This document shows positions 50,671 to 64,000 of a DNA stretch of 64,000 bases, one piece after another. The translations under genes were made by a program, and so were the position numbers. The DNA comes from the human T2T-CHM13v2.0 reference genome, Homo sapiens. The number at the start of each line of letters is the position of its first letter. Positions within the stretch are counted from its first letter, which is position 1. The stretch lies in NCBI RefSeq assembly GCF_009914755.1, contig NC_060932.1; one strand, written 5' to 3'. A model generated the notes under the pieces. It ran no database searches and was not told the origin of the DNA. It worked only from the letters and a program-made list of their open reading frames with translations.

Positions 50671-52683
50671 CTGCGAGCAAGAACAAGAGACAAAGTTTTT
50701 CAGATATAATGGAATCCTTTGGAAGATTAAAATCCCTATCTGGATACACAAGCTAGGATTAGAATAAGACAGGCTTGGATTCTGTAATTCTCTCTCATTA
50801 TAATACATGGCTTCAATTTCTTCATCTCGCTAATCTTAGAAAGCTTCACAAAGAGCCATGAAGGAGAAACCACTGAGTCCTTTTCCTAATGAGATGAAGG
50901 AGCTCACCACAGAGTCATTTTTCTAATAAGTGGTGAACTTTTTGTTTAATTTTTATTTTTAACTGACCTTTCAAGACCTATTCAGTTCATGTTTATGAAA
51001 CAAAATCTTGAAATCTTAGAAAAATAATAAAACCAAGCAAAGGAATCAAAGAAAGAACCTCTTGTTTTCTAGCAGGAAAGGTGAAACTCAAATTTTGTGA
51101 GTATTATAAACCAACGTGAATGTTTTAAAGGATTATTTTATCATTAATCTATTATTTATAATACATATTATAAAAATATTATTTGTTATCAACCTGATCA
51201 TTTGCTATACTTTGCTTTTACAAGTTTTATACTTATAAACAGGTAGGTTTACTTTGTGACACCTCATTGCTTGGAAACAACCTGCATATTCTTTAAATTT
51301 AAAACTATAAAACTATGCATGTTACAATGAAAAGGTGTCTAATAGAGAGACAAGATATTTCAAAGGATGAAAAACTTAAGTGTGATTTGCTTAAGGTCTC
51401 AATTAGTGAAATAATTGGGTATCATTAACAGAAACAACTGACTCAATCTATCACAAAAAATGAAAGTAACTGGACACATAAAGAGAATATACTATATTCT
51501 ACCTGTATATGATATTCAGAAACTCACAAAATTATATCCATAAAGTCAGCACATTTTATTATATGCAACTTACGCTGCAATAAAAATGGTTAACAAATAA
51601 AGGGAAAGGATATTTCTGTAGAACGGATTAGAGCATGAAAAAAAGGTAACAGCAAGAATAGGAAGAAAGGATGAAGAACAATAGACCTACAGTGCTCCTG
51701 TTACATGGAGAACAAAACCAGAAGATTTCAGAGGAGCAGAGAACACTGTGGAAGGTATCAAGTAACCTTCGGTCTCCTGCATGTACATACTTCTAATAAT
51801 AAGTGAGTTTAGGAGCTGGGGTTTATCGGTGAACGGGAGGCAAACTAGTGAACAAAGTATGAGTACATAAAACATCTGATAGATGAGTTTTATTGAAATT
51901 AAGGGTAGAGTTAGGATGAAAGGTGAATGTTGCAACTCCTTCAAAAATTCGTTTTTTACACAAAGCTGTGGGCTCCCCCACAGCTAGGGGAGAGTCCGTC
52001 CGCTGTGTGCCCCTAGTTCCCGACTGTTCTTTGCTCAGAGCTCTCTCATCACTTCTCAGGTCTGCTTCCACCTGGCAAATACCAATGATAAGTCAACTTC
52101 GAAGGCTGCTTTTGAGCCATCCTTCCTTTGATGCTTTTTTTTTTTTTAACTCTGCTTAAGAACTTACTACTCCTTTGTTTATCTTGCCAGGCACCTAACA
52201 GAGCACCCAGGATGCGTTCCCTTACTTTGTCCTGTGCCTGAACCACAGCTGGAGAGTCTGATGGGGAGGGGCCATGCACAGTACTCCTCCTCCCCGACCC
52301 CAGCACAGAACACCCAGGCCGCCTCCCAGAGGGACTGGGAAGCATCAATGGTGGGCATGGGAGGGAGCAATACAGTACTGATTCTCATTTGAGAATAGCT
52401 GTTGATCACAAGACTCTCAGGTTCTGTTCCACAGCTGTTGACAGTATACAGGAGTTTGAAGTATGCTAGGTCCACACATCTCCTCTGTCAAACCTTTCTC
52501 CTTAAAAAAAAAAGTAGAGTGGTGACAAATCATAACATTCCTCTTTTTCTAAACACTTTTAAGTGTTACTTTCTTCAAACAAGTTTTAGAAAACCTTGGG
52601 TGGAAGATTTAATGAAGATGCATAATCTCATATTTACTCTGGATGAAGAATCCCATGCAACTCCATTAAGAATCAACAGATGC

Positions 52684-53091
52684 ATCAATGATAGACTGGA
52701 TAAAGAACATGTGGCACACGTACACTGTGGAATACTATGCAGCCATAAAAAGGAATGAGATCATGTCCTTTGCAGGGGCATGGATGGAGCTGGAAGCCAT
52801 TATCCTCAGCAAACTAACTCAGGAACAGAAAACCAAACACCGCATCTTCTCACTTATAAGTGGGAGCTGAACAATGAGAACACATGGACACAGGAAAGGG
52901 AACAACACATACTGGAGCCTGTCAGGGATGAGGTGGGCGAAGGTAGAGCACTAGGAAAAATAGCTAATGAATGCTGGGCTTAATACCTAGGTGATGGGTT
53001 GACAGGTGCAGCAAACCACTATGGTACATGTTTACCTTTGGAACAAACCTGTGCATGTACCCAATAACTTAAAATAAAAATAAAAATAAAA
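52684..53091 (+). mobile_element. Primate L1PA (PA11-13-like) 3' end with ORF2 C-terminus
   Basis: ORF 52688-52870 DWIKNMWHTYTVEYYAAIKRNEIMSFAGAWMELEAIILSKL is the L1 ORF2p C-terminus; 3'UTR and A-rich tail; TSD aatcaacag (52671-52679 / 53092-53100). Confidence 0.95.
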
Positions 53092-54621
53092 AATCAACAG
53101 GTTGCCTTGCTTCTGAGACCTGCATGGCCATGGGCCTCTGACTGGATTAGGAATCTTTGCTAAACTGACCCTCCTGCTCTCCGAAGTAGCAATTCCAAGA
53201 ATTGACTTTTGAACAACAGTTTTGAAAACAACCTTGAGTAAGATGACATCTTGAAGTTCACTCTGGAACATTCTAAATAGTCCCCTTCAGTCAAAATGTT
53301 GCTGCTGTTTTTAATAACAGGGAAAATAAAAATATTTACCAGCTTAAAAAATAAAAAGACATTCATGAATTATAAGTCATCTGAAAGGTTCCGTAGGAGA
53401 ACACACTGCCCTTTACAAAATGAACCTCATTACCAGTCCAGAACACACTGAGAATCACAAATAAACGTTTCCAAGAAACATTTTTAATAACCACTAATAC
53501 AACCGTATTTCTATTGCTAAGCACAAAAATTCTACCGTGTAGAGTTTCTTGTCTATTCTGTGGAAGGAAAGAAAGAGCATCCTTTTGCGGGAAAATGTTA
53601 GGTAGCAAAATAAATAATAATAGCGGGATTCATCATATCTTCTCTTTGTCTTAGTTCTTTAATGGATAACATTATTAAACAAAATTATTTAAAAGTCTCT
53701 AAAAAGTTAATTATGAATTTTCATCATAGACTGTAGACTTCTAAAATGACAAAATTACCCTTAGGGTCTCAAAATATACTTTTAAAAGTAGGTACTCTCA
53801 AAAAAGAATGATTATTTAAAATGCTGAAAAGAATCTGGCGATATTTTTATTTATAATGTTCACAGTTTAGGGTTAAGCAAATTATTTTATACCATACATA
53901 ATTTGCATTTGAGTAATGTGGCATATTATATAATATTTAATTAGATGCAATATCTGGCAGAAAAAAGTATGGATCTCCATTTAAGGAGATTCAAATTTTC
54001 TTTACAAAATTCAGTGGATGATGCTATAGCTCATACAGTGTAAACCAATGGTTCTCAACCATGGCATTGATGGTGGAAGTGTGTGGAAAAATTAGTAGGG
54101 AGTGTAGATAATCAGAATCTTCTCAGAAAGTTTTTCAAATATACGTCGCTCCGCGGACCTTTCTGCAAAGATCTCCCTTTCTCTACTGACAGAAGAAATA
54201 GCGATGGACTCAACATCATTTCTGTCACCTGTAATTTCGTACTTAGAACATGCATGAATAGCCTATCTTGCAATCACCAATGTATGGATAATTTGTAATT
54301 ATTTAAAACATGTATACTTCATGAAAGTTATAAAATTGATACAGTTTTTATCAATTTTGCAAGGAATTAGATATACAGTATAATTATGAAAAGTAATGAA
54401 AACACTTTGGTGTTAAGGAAATATTTCAATTTTTCCCAAACTGGGGATTTCTAAATATTTCAAGAAAAGTAATCTAGAAGACAAATAGTAGTTGACTTAG
54501 CATTGCCTGCGACCTTGAATTAAAAGATTTTCTTTAAAAAAAATCTTAAAGTGATTTTACTAAAATCCAGAGTACAGATACAGAAAAGCATTGGGATACG
54601 AAGAGACCCGATCATCAAGCT

Positions 54622-54958
54622 CAACAGTCCCCAGCATTTTTGGCACCAGGGACCAGTTCTCTGGCAGACAATTTTTCCATGGACAGCAGGGTTGGGGGAC
54701 GGTTTTGGGATGAAACTGTTCCACCTCAGATCATCAGGCATTAGATTCTCACAAGTAGCACACAACCTAGATCCCTCACACATGCAGTTCACAGTAGGTT
54801 TCATGCTATGAGAATCTAATGCCGATGCCGATGTGAGAGGAGGCGGATCTCAGGCAGTAATGCTGGTTCCCTGGCTGCTCACCTCCAGCTACGCAGACTG
54901 GTTCCTAACAGGCCAACGTCTGATACAGGCCTTCATCCAAGGCAGGTGGGGACCCGTG
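54622..54958 (+). mobile_element. MER1B (hAT-Charlie)
   Basis: gatgaaactgttccacctcagatcatcaggcattagattctc; TSD atcaagct / atctagct. Confidence 0.9.
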
Positions 54959-55752
54959 ATCTAGCTAAATACTCAAGCCCCAGTCTCTATTAACACGTAA
55001 GTCAAATTTAATACGCTGGTAGCACCTTACATTGTCATTTAAGTCATTTGCATTTGTAATCCCTGTGCTATCCCCAAGTATACTTGGAAAACAGAGACTT
55101 TTACTTATTTTATATTTTATTCAGCATTGAGTGTCTTACTGTACTCACAAATCAGTTGTCTGGGACTTGATTACAGTACTTATTGCAATCAGTAAGAATC
55201 TCAGTTGTTTATTTACTTATCTATTGTCTATGTGGTGTCTGGCAGAGACTAGGATTTCAATAAATATTTGCTTGACTGAAATTCAATTTCAGAAATTTGA
55301 ATTTTTGTAGTACTATTTTCTCCCTTCCTAATCTGATGTTTCAGTGCCATTATACAGAAATTGACTGCTTTTGATTACAGAACATTTTCAACCAAACATA
55401 ACCACATCGATCAACTCTGTATTTTCTAATTCTGTACATTTCTTCTTTTAACCATTCTTACCTTCTACTGGTCATTTAAAGAAAACCAATTTTTCCAAAA
55501 GTATTTTGTTTGTTTGCTTGTGTGCTTGCTTAATGGAATGCCTGTCCTTTCAAATGTTCTGGATATGTGTGTGTTGTCGAGGCAGGAGAAAGGGAGTGGC
55601 AGTTGTCCTAACCAGCCTGAGTGAGCTTGGAAGTGCTTCCTACTGCATCTCTATGCTGATGGGGCAAAACACCCTAGAGAAGGCTCCAAAAACCCTATGG
55701 TAAAGAAAACTGCTTAATTTTGTTTTAATAAAGTCTTAGTAAACTCCATGGG

Positions 55753-56106
55753 TAGTATGGTTTGGCTCTGTGTCCAAATCTAACTTCCAATTGTAATCCC
55801 TACACGTGTTGAGGAAGCGTCCTGTAATTTTGGATCATGGTAGTTATTTTTCCCATGCTGTTCTCATGCTAGTGGGTGAGTTCTCATCAGATATGATGGT
55901 TTTATAAGTGTTTGACAGTTCCTCCTTCACCCTCTGTCTCTCCTGCCACCTTGTGAAGAAGGTTCCTCCTTCCCCTTCACCATAATTGTAAGTTTCCTGA
56001 GGCCTTCCCACCCATGAAGAACTGTGAGTCAATTAGACCTCCTTCTTTTAAAAATTTCCCAGTCTCTGGTATTTTTTTTATAGCAGTGTGAAAATTGAGT
56101 AATACA
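55753..56106 (+). mobile_element. THE1D/MSTA-type ERVL-MaLR solo LTR
   Basis: tatggtttggctctgtgtcc...gtaagtttcctgaggcc...aactgtgagtcaatta...taataca; TSD atggg (55748-55752 / 56107-56111). Confidence 0.9.
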
Positions 56107-56839
56107 ATGGGTATTAAAAATAACACATAGTTCTATGTTCTAGAGACTCCATTCTAAGAACATACTTTCTGGAAACCATGATGTAAGACAACCCAGCGTC
56201 TATCAAGAACATGCATAGTCATCCAAAGACACAAAACCCTAATCCCCAGTCGCCTGTCATTCAAAAGTGTGCTCACATAGTCTTCCTGCTGTGTACAATT
56301 GCAATTATCCTCTCCAAGAAAAGGAAACGCGCACAGCCTTTATCTCTTTACCCCTAGATTCTACTACGGCATGTTTCTTTTTTGACTGAAAGGCAGGAGT
56401 ACTTATTGAACAGATATTTTTGACTCATCTTATATTCTGATACTGCGGCATGAACGAAGCTCTTCTTTCCGGCCCTTGTATCTCGTGTCATATGAATATC
56501 ACTCTTTTCTGAGTGTCTCTTTAACGTCTGAAACCATTTGGACATTACAAATATAATCTAACTAATATTTTAAAATATGACTGAATAATTGATAACATTC
56601 TATCTTACAGAGTGTCTAGTTCTGGGAGAAAGATTATTCTATGAGCCAGCTGCATCTGAGTGTCCTGGGGGCACTTTAAAATATACAGATTCTTTCATTT
56701 GACTATTGGAAAAATAGTTTAACTAGGTCTATTGTTGGTGCTGCTTATTTGATAAAGAAATCTCTTCAACAAACCTCTGGATAAATGCTTAGGATGACCT
56801 TTATGAACTGTAATTTTTTTCAATATTTTAAAAATAAAC

Positions 56840-57025
56840 AGTAATGTATTTAAAATATGTAATTTTTTATATATACACAATACATGATACATAAAATTTT
56901 AACATATAATATATAAAAACTATATATTTTCATGTCCTATATATTACATATTTTATATTAAAATTTTATGTATTTATATACTGTACATATATATTTTTTC
57001 AATATATTTTTTCCAAAATATTTCT
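56840..57025. repeat. AT-rich low-complexity tract
   Basis: Near-pure A/T with tatata runs. Confidence 0.8.
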
Positions 57026-57479
57026 AATATCTGGCAATTGCTAATTGTTTGAAAGTCCCACAACATATCTGACCTAAAATTTCTCTTTTAATTCCCTGTC
57101 CATTACCTTACATGTACCCCATGAAATAAGAAATAAATAAAATACTTTTCCACATAACCCTTCAAATTATTATACTCCATACTGAATTAGACTACGTTAT
57201 CTGCAGACAAAAAGTGTATAATGAAATTGCTATAGCATAACAGATGATATGACCAATGAGCTCAGTAATTCACAAATGTCTCTATAATACAAAAGGGGAA
57301 AGTAAATATAGCATTAAATACTTTTATTCACAAATCAACATATTTCATAAACAAATATATTTAACTCGACATCATTTAAGTCAACTTATGCCATGTTTAA
57401 ATTAGTTCAACTATTTAGGAAGTGTCTAGTTAGTATAAACAGTATTTTAGGAGTGAAGAAATAAAGATAAACAATTTCT

Positions 57480-57965
57480 AGTCATCAATGTGGCTGAAGT
57501 TAATAATGGCATGAAAGTCCAAAAAACAAAAGACAGAGATGTGGCCGGGGAGGCAGAGGGTCAGAGAGAAGGGCTCTCACTCAGAGGCAACAGAAGAAGC
57601 ATTTGAGAAAGACAGTGCTTGACTTGTGTCAGATAAACACAGTTGACCCGATTGAGAGAATGGGGGAAACTTCTTACAAGTAGCAAGGGCAGTTCAGTGA
57701 AATGAGAAAGGCAAGGCGAAAAGCTTCTGATTCATGAAACTATGAGTAATTTGCTCATCTGAAGCTTGGCAGAGGTTGGGGTTAGAGTGACAGGGACAAA
57801 GTCATGAAGGACCTTTCTCTTGAAGTTTGGACAATGTCATTGACAGATCTAACTTAAGGACTTAAGGTGATCAGATCTGAGATTAGGAAAGATCACCCTG
57901 GCAGCTGTGTGGAAAATGAAGCAGATACTAAATACAGCCAGAAAGCTGTTACAGTGATCTGGGTG
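57480..57965 (-). mobile_element. L2 relic
   Basis: gtcatgaaggacctt...atcagatctgagattaggaaagatcaccctggcagctgtgtgga...gctgttacagtgatctggg. Confidence 0.65.
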
Positions 57966-57967
57966 AA

Positions 57968-58205
57968 AATAATAAAATAATAACTTCCTCTTATTGAATA
58001 GTTATTGCACTCTAGACACTGTTGTTAAAGGCTTTCTATACATTATCTCATTTTCATTCTTACAACGGTCCTAGGAGGTAAGGAATATTAGGTCTTTAAA
58101 CATGAGGAAATTGAAGCTTGGAGAAGTTAAATTAATTTCTTCAAGATCACAAAGGAGAGCTGGGACATTATTCAAAGAAAATCTAGATTTCCAAAAGCAT
58201 GTTTT
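57968..58205 (-). mobile_element. MIR relic inserted in L2
   Basis: cattatctcattt...catgaggaaattgaagcttggagaagttaa...ttcaagatcaca. Confidence 0.65.
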
Positions 58206-58372
58206 TAATCGTGCTGGGAAACAAAGACAAGATGATCACATAGTGCAGGAATGCTGATGGTGGAAGTGCAGATTAACAGAAACGCCTGAATTTTTAGAGG
58301 ATTTAGGAAGGGAAATCAGCGTAGGAGTCCGTGAACAGTTAAATGGAGAGGCCGCTTGTAGAACAGATGCTA

Positions 58373-59047
<675 letters not shown>

Positions 59048-59502
59048 TTCAGTGTGACTCTTGATTCCCTTCAGAATATAAATCATTGTCATTTACATAG
59101 ACATGCATTTTCTCTCTCCCTAGGTGGAATGTAAGCTCCGTGAACATTTAGACAACATCTGTCTTGTTCATTATTCTGTTCAGTGCCTAAAACTGAATAT
59201 GTATCTGGTAAAAAGTAAAACCGCTAGTAGTTTCACTAAAGAAACAAATATAGGAACAATGAAAAAGTAATGGTTACCATCCTGATAAGTCACAATAACT
59301 CAATCTGTAGTAATTCTCTTAAAAATGAAGGTAAATTAAAGGAAGGTGATTGCCAGGTAATATTGTATCTTTGAGTCACTTAAACTAGGTAGCCAATCAG
59401 AAAGAGTTCATTGAATGGTTAAATTTCTAGTGTTTTCTGTCATCATTATAGACACCATCCTAACCAGATTCATTTTTTTTTTTAAGAGAAAGATTTCCCA
59501 AC

Positions 59503-59880
59503 TGTGGCGGTGGAATTGTGACCCCCTAAAGATTCATATATAAAGTCCTAACCCCCAGCATGGGACTATATTTGGAGAGAAGATTTTGTAATAGATGTTT
59601 AAATTAAAATGAGGTCATTAGGGTGGTCCCTAATCCGACATGACTGGTGTTGTTATAAGAAAGGGAAATTAGAATTCAAAACACACAGAGAGTGACAATG
59701 TGAGCAAATACAGGAAGGTGGTCATTCACAAGCCAAAGAAAGAGGCCTCAGAAAAGAGCAATCCTGCTGATACCTCGATCTTGGGCTTCCAACCTCCTGA
59801 ACCTTGACAAAATAAATGTCTATTGCTGAAGCTTCCCAGTCTATGGTACTTTGTTATGGGAGCCCTAGCAAACTAATATG
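59503..59880 (+). mobile_element. MLT1B-like ERVL-MaLR solo LTR
   Basis: gaattgtgaccccctaaagattcata...aaaatgaggtcattagggtgg...gtactttgttatgggagccctagcaaactaata. Confidence 0.88.
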
Positions 59881-60639
59881 CTTCCCAATATGGTAGACTG
59901 GGTTGGAAAAAATGTCTTACTCTAATCACATGGAAATTCTGAACGAAATATAGCAATACGGTGTTTGATGCATAGCTCAGCTCACAATCGAGAGAGAGGA
60001 ATTCCTCGATGGTAGAAGGAACCAGGCTACTCTTGTAGACTGGTGTGGGGAGTAGAGTTAAAAATGACTCCTTGGCTAACTGCAGGTAGAAGGAGGTGCT
60101 GAACTATGGAGGTTGATACCTGAGGCCTCTGTGTTGGATTGGGGGAGTTTAGGCTGTATGTCCCATTGTGTGCAGCAATTTGGAGCCAAGGTACGAACAT
60201 AAAGACTCTTTTTACTTGGGGCTGCCCTGGCCTCAACACAGGAAATAGAGGGACTCTGTCCATAGGACGTAAGGAACAGGGGGAGCCTCATGTGCCACCT
60301 TCCTCAGGCTGAGGGTACAAAGAGGGCAGAGACCTCGAGGCTGGAGCCTCTGTCGTTGCTCACCGTGGATGGGAAATTCAATTGGCAGAAGCTGTCCAAA
60401 GGCAAGAAACAAATATAAAACTGGCCAGGAGCCCAAGACTACTGGGGGTCTTCAGCAAAGATGAACGTTTAACCTACTCTGAAGGTTTTCCACAGCCTGG
60501 GGCACCTGTGGGAAGCATAGCAGGAAGGCTGGGTGCAGGTGAGCTCCATCAGTGCGTCCCTATGGCTCCCAGGGAGAAGTCACAGGGGAAAGAGGCAGGA
60601 GAGGAAAAGAGCACAGTGTCCAGTCGTCCCGCAGAGTAA

Positions 60640-60905
60640 AATACACATGAAATCAACGGAAAAGTCTCAATGAACGTTTAAAGTAAACACATCTGAAATG
60701 GCCCAAGGATTGAAAAACTAGAAACCATAAGAAAAAACAGGGTCTTGGAAGAAAATATCAGGTCGATTTAGAAATTTTGATAAAAACTGGGTAATTAAAT
60801 AAAAATATCACTTGATAGTTCAAATAGGCCACTAAGCTGACTTGATAACTAGTGATTTCGAAAATCTGGGGCAAGAACACAAAATATCGCCCAAGGAAAA
60901 GCAAG
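60640..60905 (+). mobile_element. Possible ancient L1/HAL1 ORF1 fragment
   Basis: A-rich segment resembling the ORF1 coiled-coil coding region; highly degenerate. Confidence 0.35.
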
Positions 60906-60989
60906 TTCTGATAACCTTCGCCTGGAGGTTATTCTAAGGGGGGATTAATTCCTGTCTGCATGCTTTCCTCTGCCCAGTACCAACACAAG

Positions 60990-61285
60990 ATAAAATATAT
61001 ATACGTATCTTCAGTGTGCTCTTATTCAAGGTACTATGAAATACATATATTTATACACATTTTATATACATTTGCATGTTAAATATATAATGTATATGTG
61101 TATACATTTAAACGCATATAAACATATTCTAAAGTACATTAATACTTCAATTATATATTTAAATAAACATATGAAGTAAATAAAAATATATTATTAAATA
61201 TATAAATTTATAAATATATTTAATACAATATAAACTTTATATATTGATATATAATGGAATATTATATATATATATATATATATGT
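60990..61285. repeat. AT-rich low-complexity tract ending in (TA)n
   Basis: Read directly from the sequence. Confidence 0.85.
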
Positions 61286-61365
61286 ATCTCTGTCTCTCTC
61301 AAATTACATCGAGTAAGTGTGCCAGGAGAAGATGGTGGGGGTGGTTATTTAAAAAGAAAAATGGC

Positions 61366-61674
61366 TTCTGGGTGCGGTGGCTCACGCTTGTGATCCCAGC
61401 ACTTTGGGAGACTCAGGCGGGTGGATCACAAGCTCAGGAGATGGAGACCACCCTGGCTAACAAGGTGAAACCCCGTCTCTACTAAAAATACAAAAAATTA
61501 GCCCAGCATGGGGCCACATGCCTGTAATCCCAGCTACTTCGGAGTCTGAGGCAGGTAAAATGCTTGAACCCGGGAGGTGGAGGATGACATGAGCCAAGAT
61601 CGCACCACTGCGCTCTAGCCTGGGAGACAGAGTAAGACTCTGTCTCAAAAATAATAATAATAATAAATAAAAAT
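61366..61674 (+). mobile_element. AluSc-like with (AAT)n tail
   Basis: gagatggagaccaccctggctaac with S-type right arm; degenerate TSD aaaagaa.aatg. Confidence 0.92.
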
Positions 61675-64000
61675 AAAAGAACAATGAGAAAAAAGACTTA
61701 CATAACTAGAAAATGGCCTGAGTCCAAACATAAAAGGACCATGCCCTATCCTGAGACAAATGATGGTGCTCTTGGATGTGTACTTGAGTGACATGTGAGG
61801 TGACGGACAGATGTGCCCAGGCCTTTTCTAGTTAGCAACTAAAGAAAATAAAATTAGGCAAAATCATGACATGATATTTCAGAAAACAGTCTCATGTAAA
61901 TAGCAAATTATTATAAGAGAAGTTTGGTAAAATGGATGAAATTCTCAACAATTTTCTCACAAAAAAAAAAAACCATGATCCTTTTATTACTCATACTTGG
62001 AAAGGCAAATTTGAAGTAAAAAATGTAAATCATGCTATGAAATGAGGTGGTGAGAATCATCACACTTATAAAACAGCACTTGTTTAGGTCATTTTCTATT
62101 TATCCAATAAACTGAAGGGCAAATTAAACCTTTGTTTTGACTATTTATTGATAGCCAAAGTTTCCAGGAAATTAATGTTAAATTGCATAGTTTTCGTACC
62201 AGTGATTCTCAGAAGACAAATTGTTTAGTAATAGCTGCATTTTCAAACAAAGGTGTGAAAGTACCTTTTATTTTTGTAAAGCAAAATTTATTTTCAGAGA
62301 AAGTATTTTTGGGACATCTGTCCTGAAAAAAAAAGTGCTATGGAAGGTTTTCAACAAAGGACAGAGAAATTTGACAAAAAAATATATTGGTACTAAATTA
62401 GAAATATAGTCTGTAAGAGAATTATTTTTGCAGTCGGAAAAGCCAGGAATACTTCTTTACTGTAGGTAAATTTAAAAAAAAATCCATTAAAGTCTTTGAG
62501 TCTAAAAACAATTTCAATATAATTCCAGAATTTCCTTCAGTTTGGTGTGTTTATGTAGTTTTTGTTTGCTTTTGTTTTTTGTTTTTAATTTTCCTCACAG
62601 GAGCCTTAAAAAAGGTCCCGAACCAAGTAGTTTTCTTCTATCATAATAATGATCTTTGTTAATAAGATGGTGATGATGGCACAAATAATACCAGCTGGAT
62701 TAAGTGCCTACTACAGGAAAGGGACTGAGCTGGCTGGCTACTGTGCACATCTCATTTGCGGTACAGTTTTAAACTCAAGTCAGTGATTTGAAATATGTGG
62801 CTTCCTAAGAGTCTACAGAGAAAATCTAGAAGAGATTTTCTCAGGAGAAATCCCATAAAATGCATGTTCACTGCCATGAAGAAGAAATTAGGCAATGCCC
62901 CTGGAACTCAATCAATGGGACTGACCGTGGTTGAAGCTGGATGGCATAGACCAGTGAACCTCTTCTATTTCATTTCTTCAGGCTCAAATGTCTGCGAATC
63001 CATTAGCTCTTGACCTCTACTCATGATCCTCAGTGCAAATAGCATCATTCAAAATTGGCTGAGGATACATGTAGGTGAGAGTACACTTCAGTGTGGGAGA
63101 TGTAATTTAATGATGGTCACTTCCAACCACGCATTTCCAGAACGGAAAACCCTTTGATTTGTACATGGCACACACAGAACTGTCTAATAATCTGTAGGTC
63201 AAAAATAAAACCAGAAGGATGCAGGACTACCTACTCTTACTCTGAACCCTTCTCACAATTTTTTTTCCCATGTCAAAGCAGAAATGGCTAATTGCTTGCA
63301 GGAAAATTTCCCTTATTTTCCTTATCCCTTTATCAGAGCAAAGATAGTAAGTGAAATAGAAGAGAACAGAAAGAAGGGGCTTTAGAATACTGAAGATATT
63401 TAAGATCTAGGATTTGTTTATTTTTGATGAGATTTGCAGCATCTTTTTCCTCTAATTGGGCAACTAGTAAACATTTCACAAATAGATAATAATAGTGACG
63501 GTGTGTTTTTTTCTCTCTCTCTTTTTTCACTTGTGATATTAAAGGTGTTTTGTTTCCTCCTTCTTTCTTTTGGGACCACTGCCTGTTGGTTTCGTGCTGA
63601 GGCACATACATGACTGTACTATCTAAAGTTTCTATTTCAGAGAGGTCTAATCTGGATATATTTTAGTAGACATCCATGCCGATGGATGGAAGAAGACAAT
63701 TTTCAAAAAGGGTGCTTGATTGACATACAAGTCTCGCAATTAGAAAAAGGAAAATTTTCTATAAAGGCAAATCCACGGGAATTACTGGCAGTAATATTAA
63801 TGATATTAGGCTGCCTGACTACAAGGTGTGATCTTAGGGATACTGGGAAAGGTCTTCTGCCAGAATCGGTCCCCGCTGCACCTCAAATCCCCACCATTAA
63901 AGTCATTCATTTGAGTTAAGAAAATTGCCACTAAGACCTTTATTAAAATGCAAATGTGTTCCCCGGGTGGGGAAACACATTAAATCATTATCAACCATTA

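Noticed and set aside
52402-52983. ORFs resembling a real protein
   Set aside because: They are the L1 ORF2p C-terminus of a 5'-truncated dead L1PA.
59494-59889. Apparent 9-bp TSD around MLT1B (tttcccaac / cttcccaat)
   Set aside because: MaLR TSDs are 5 bp and the element is old, so this cannot be distinguished from coincidence or boundary error.

Overview
Eukaryotic, primate (most likely human or great-ape) non-coding DNA: AT-rich and CpG-depleted, with a large fraction made of recognisable interspersed repeats. These include about 16 Alu/FAM pieces, old and primate L1 fragments, L2/MIR relics, 7 solo LTRs (MaLR and ERV1) and hAT/mariner MITEs, plus micro- and minisatellites. I find no credible protein-coding gene, RNA gene, CRISPR array or prokaryotic-type system. 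The ORF track is explained by Alu, L1, simple repeats and chance. Subfamily names come from recalled consensus motifs, not a RepeatMasker run. The most unusual structures are: (i) a 172-bp fold-back at 49415-49586 made of two head-to-head LTR 3'-end fragments with T14/A12 ends; (ii) a ~245-bp locally copied segment inserted into an L2 (27933-28181 vs 29223-29471); (iii) a perfect 37-bp repeat 1.5 kb apart that starts at a minus-strand GTAAGT; (iv) a FAM monomer carrying an AluS-like 36-bp duplication; (v) a CA-rich minisatellite with higher-order A-B-C structure; (vi) a closely spaced inverted Alu pair. All 7 solo LTRs lie on +, which together with several minus-strand splice-consensus exons hints at an intron of a minus-strand transcript. 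I cannot support a claim of a new biological system.
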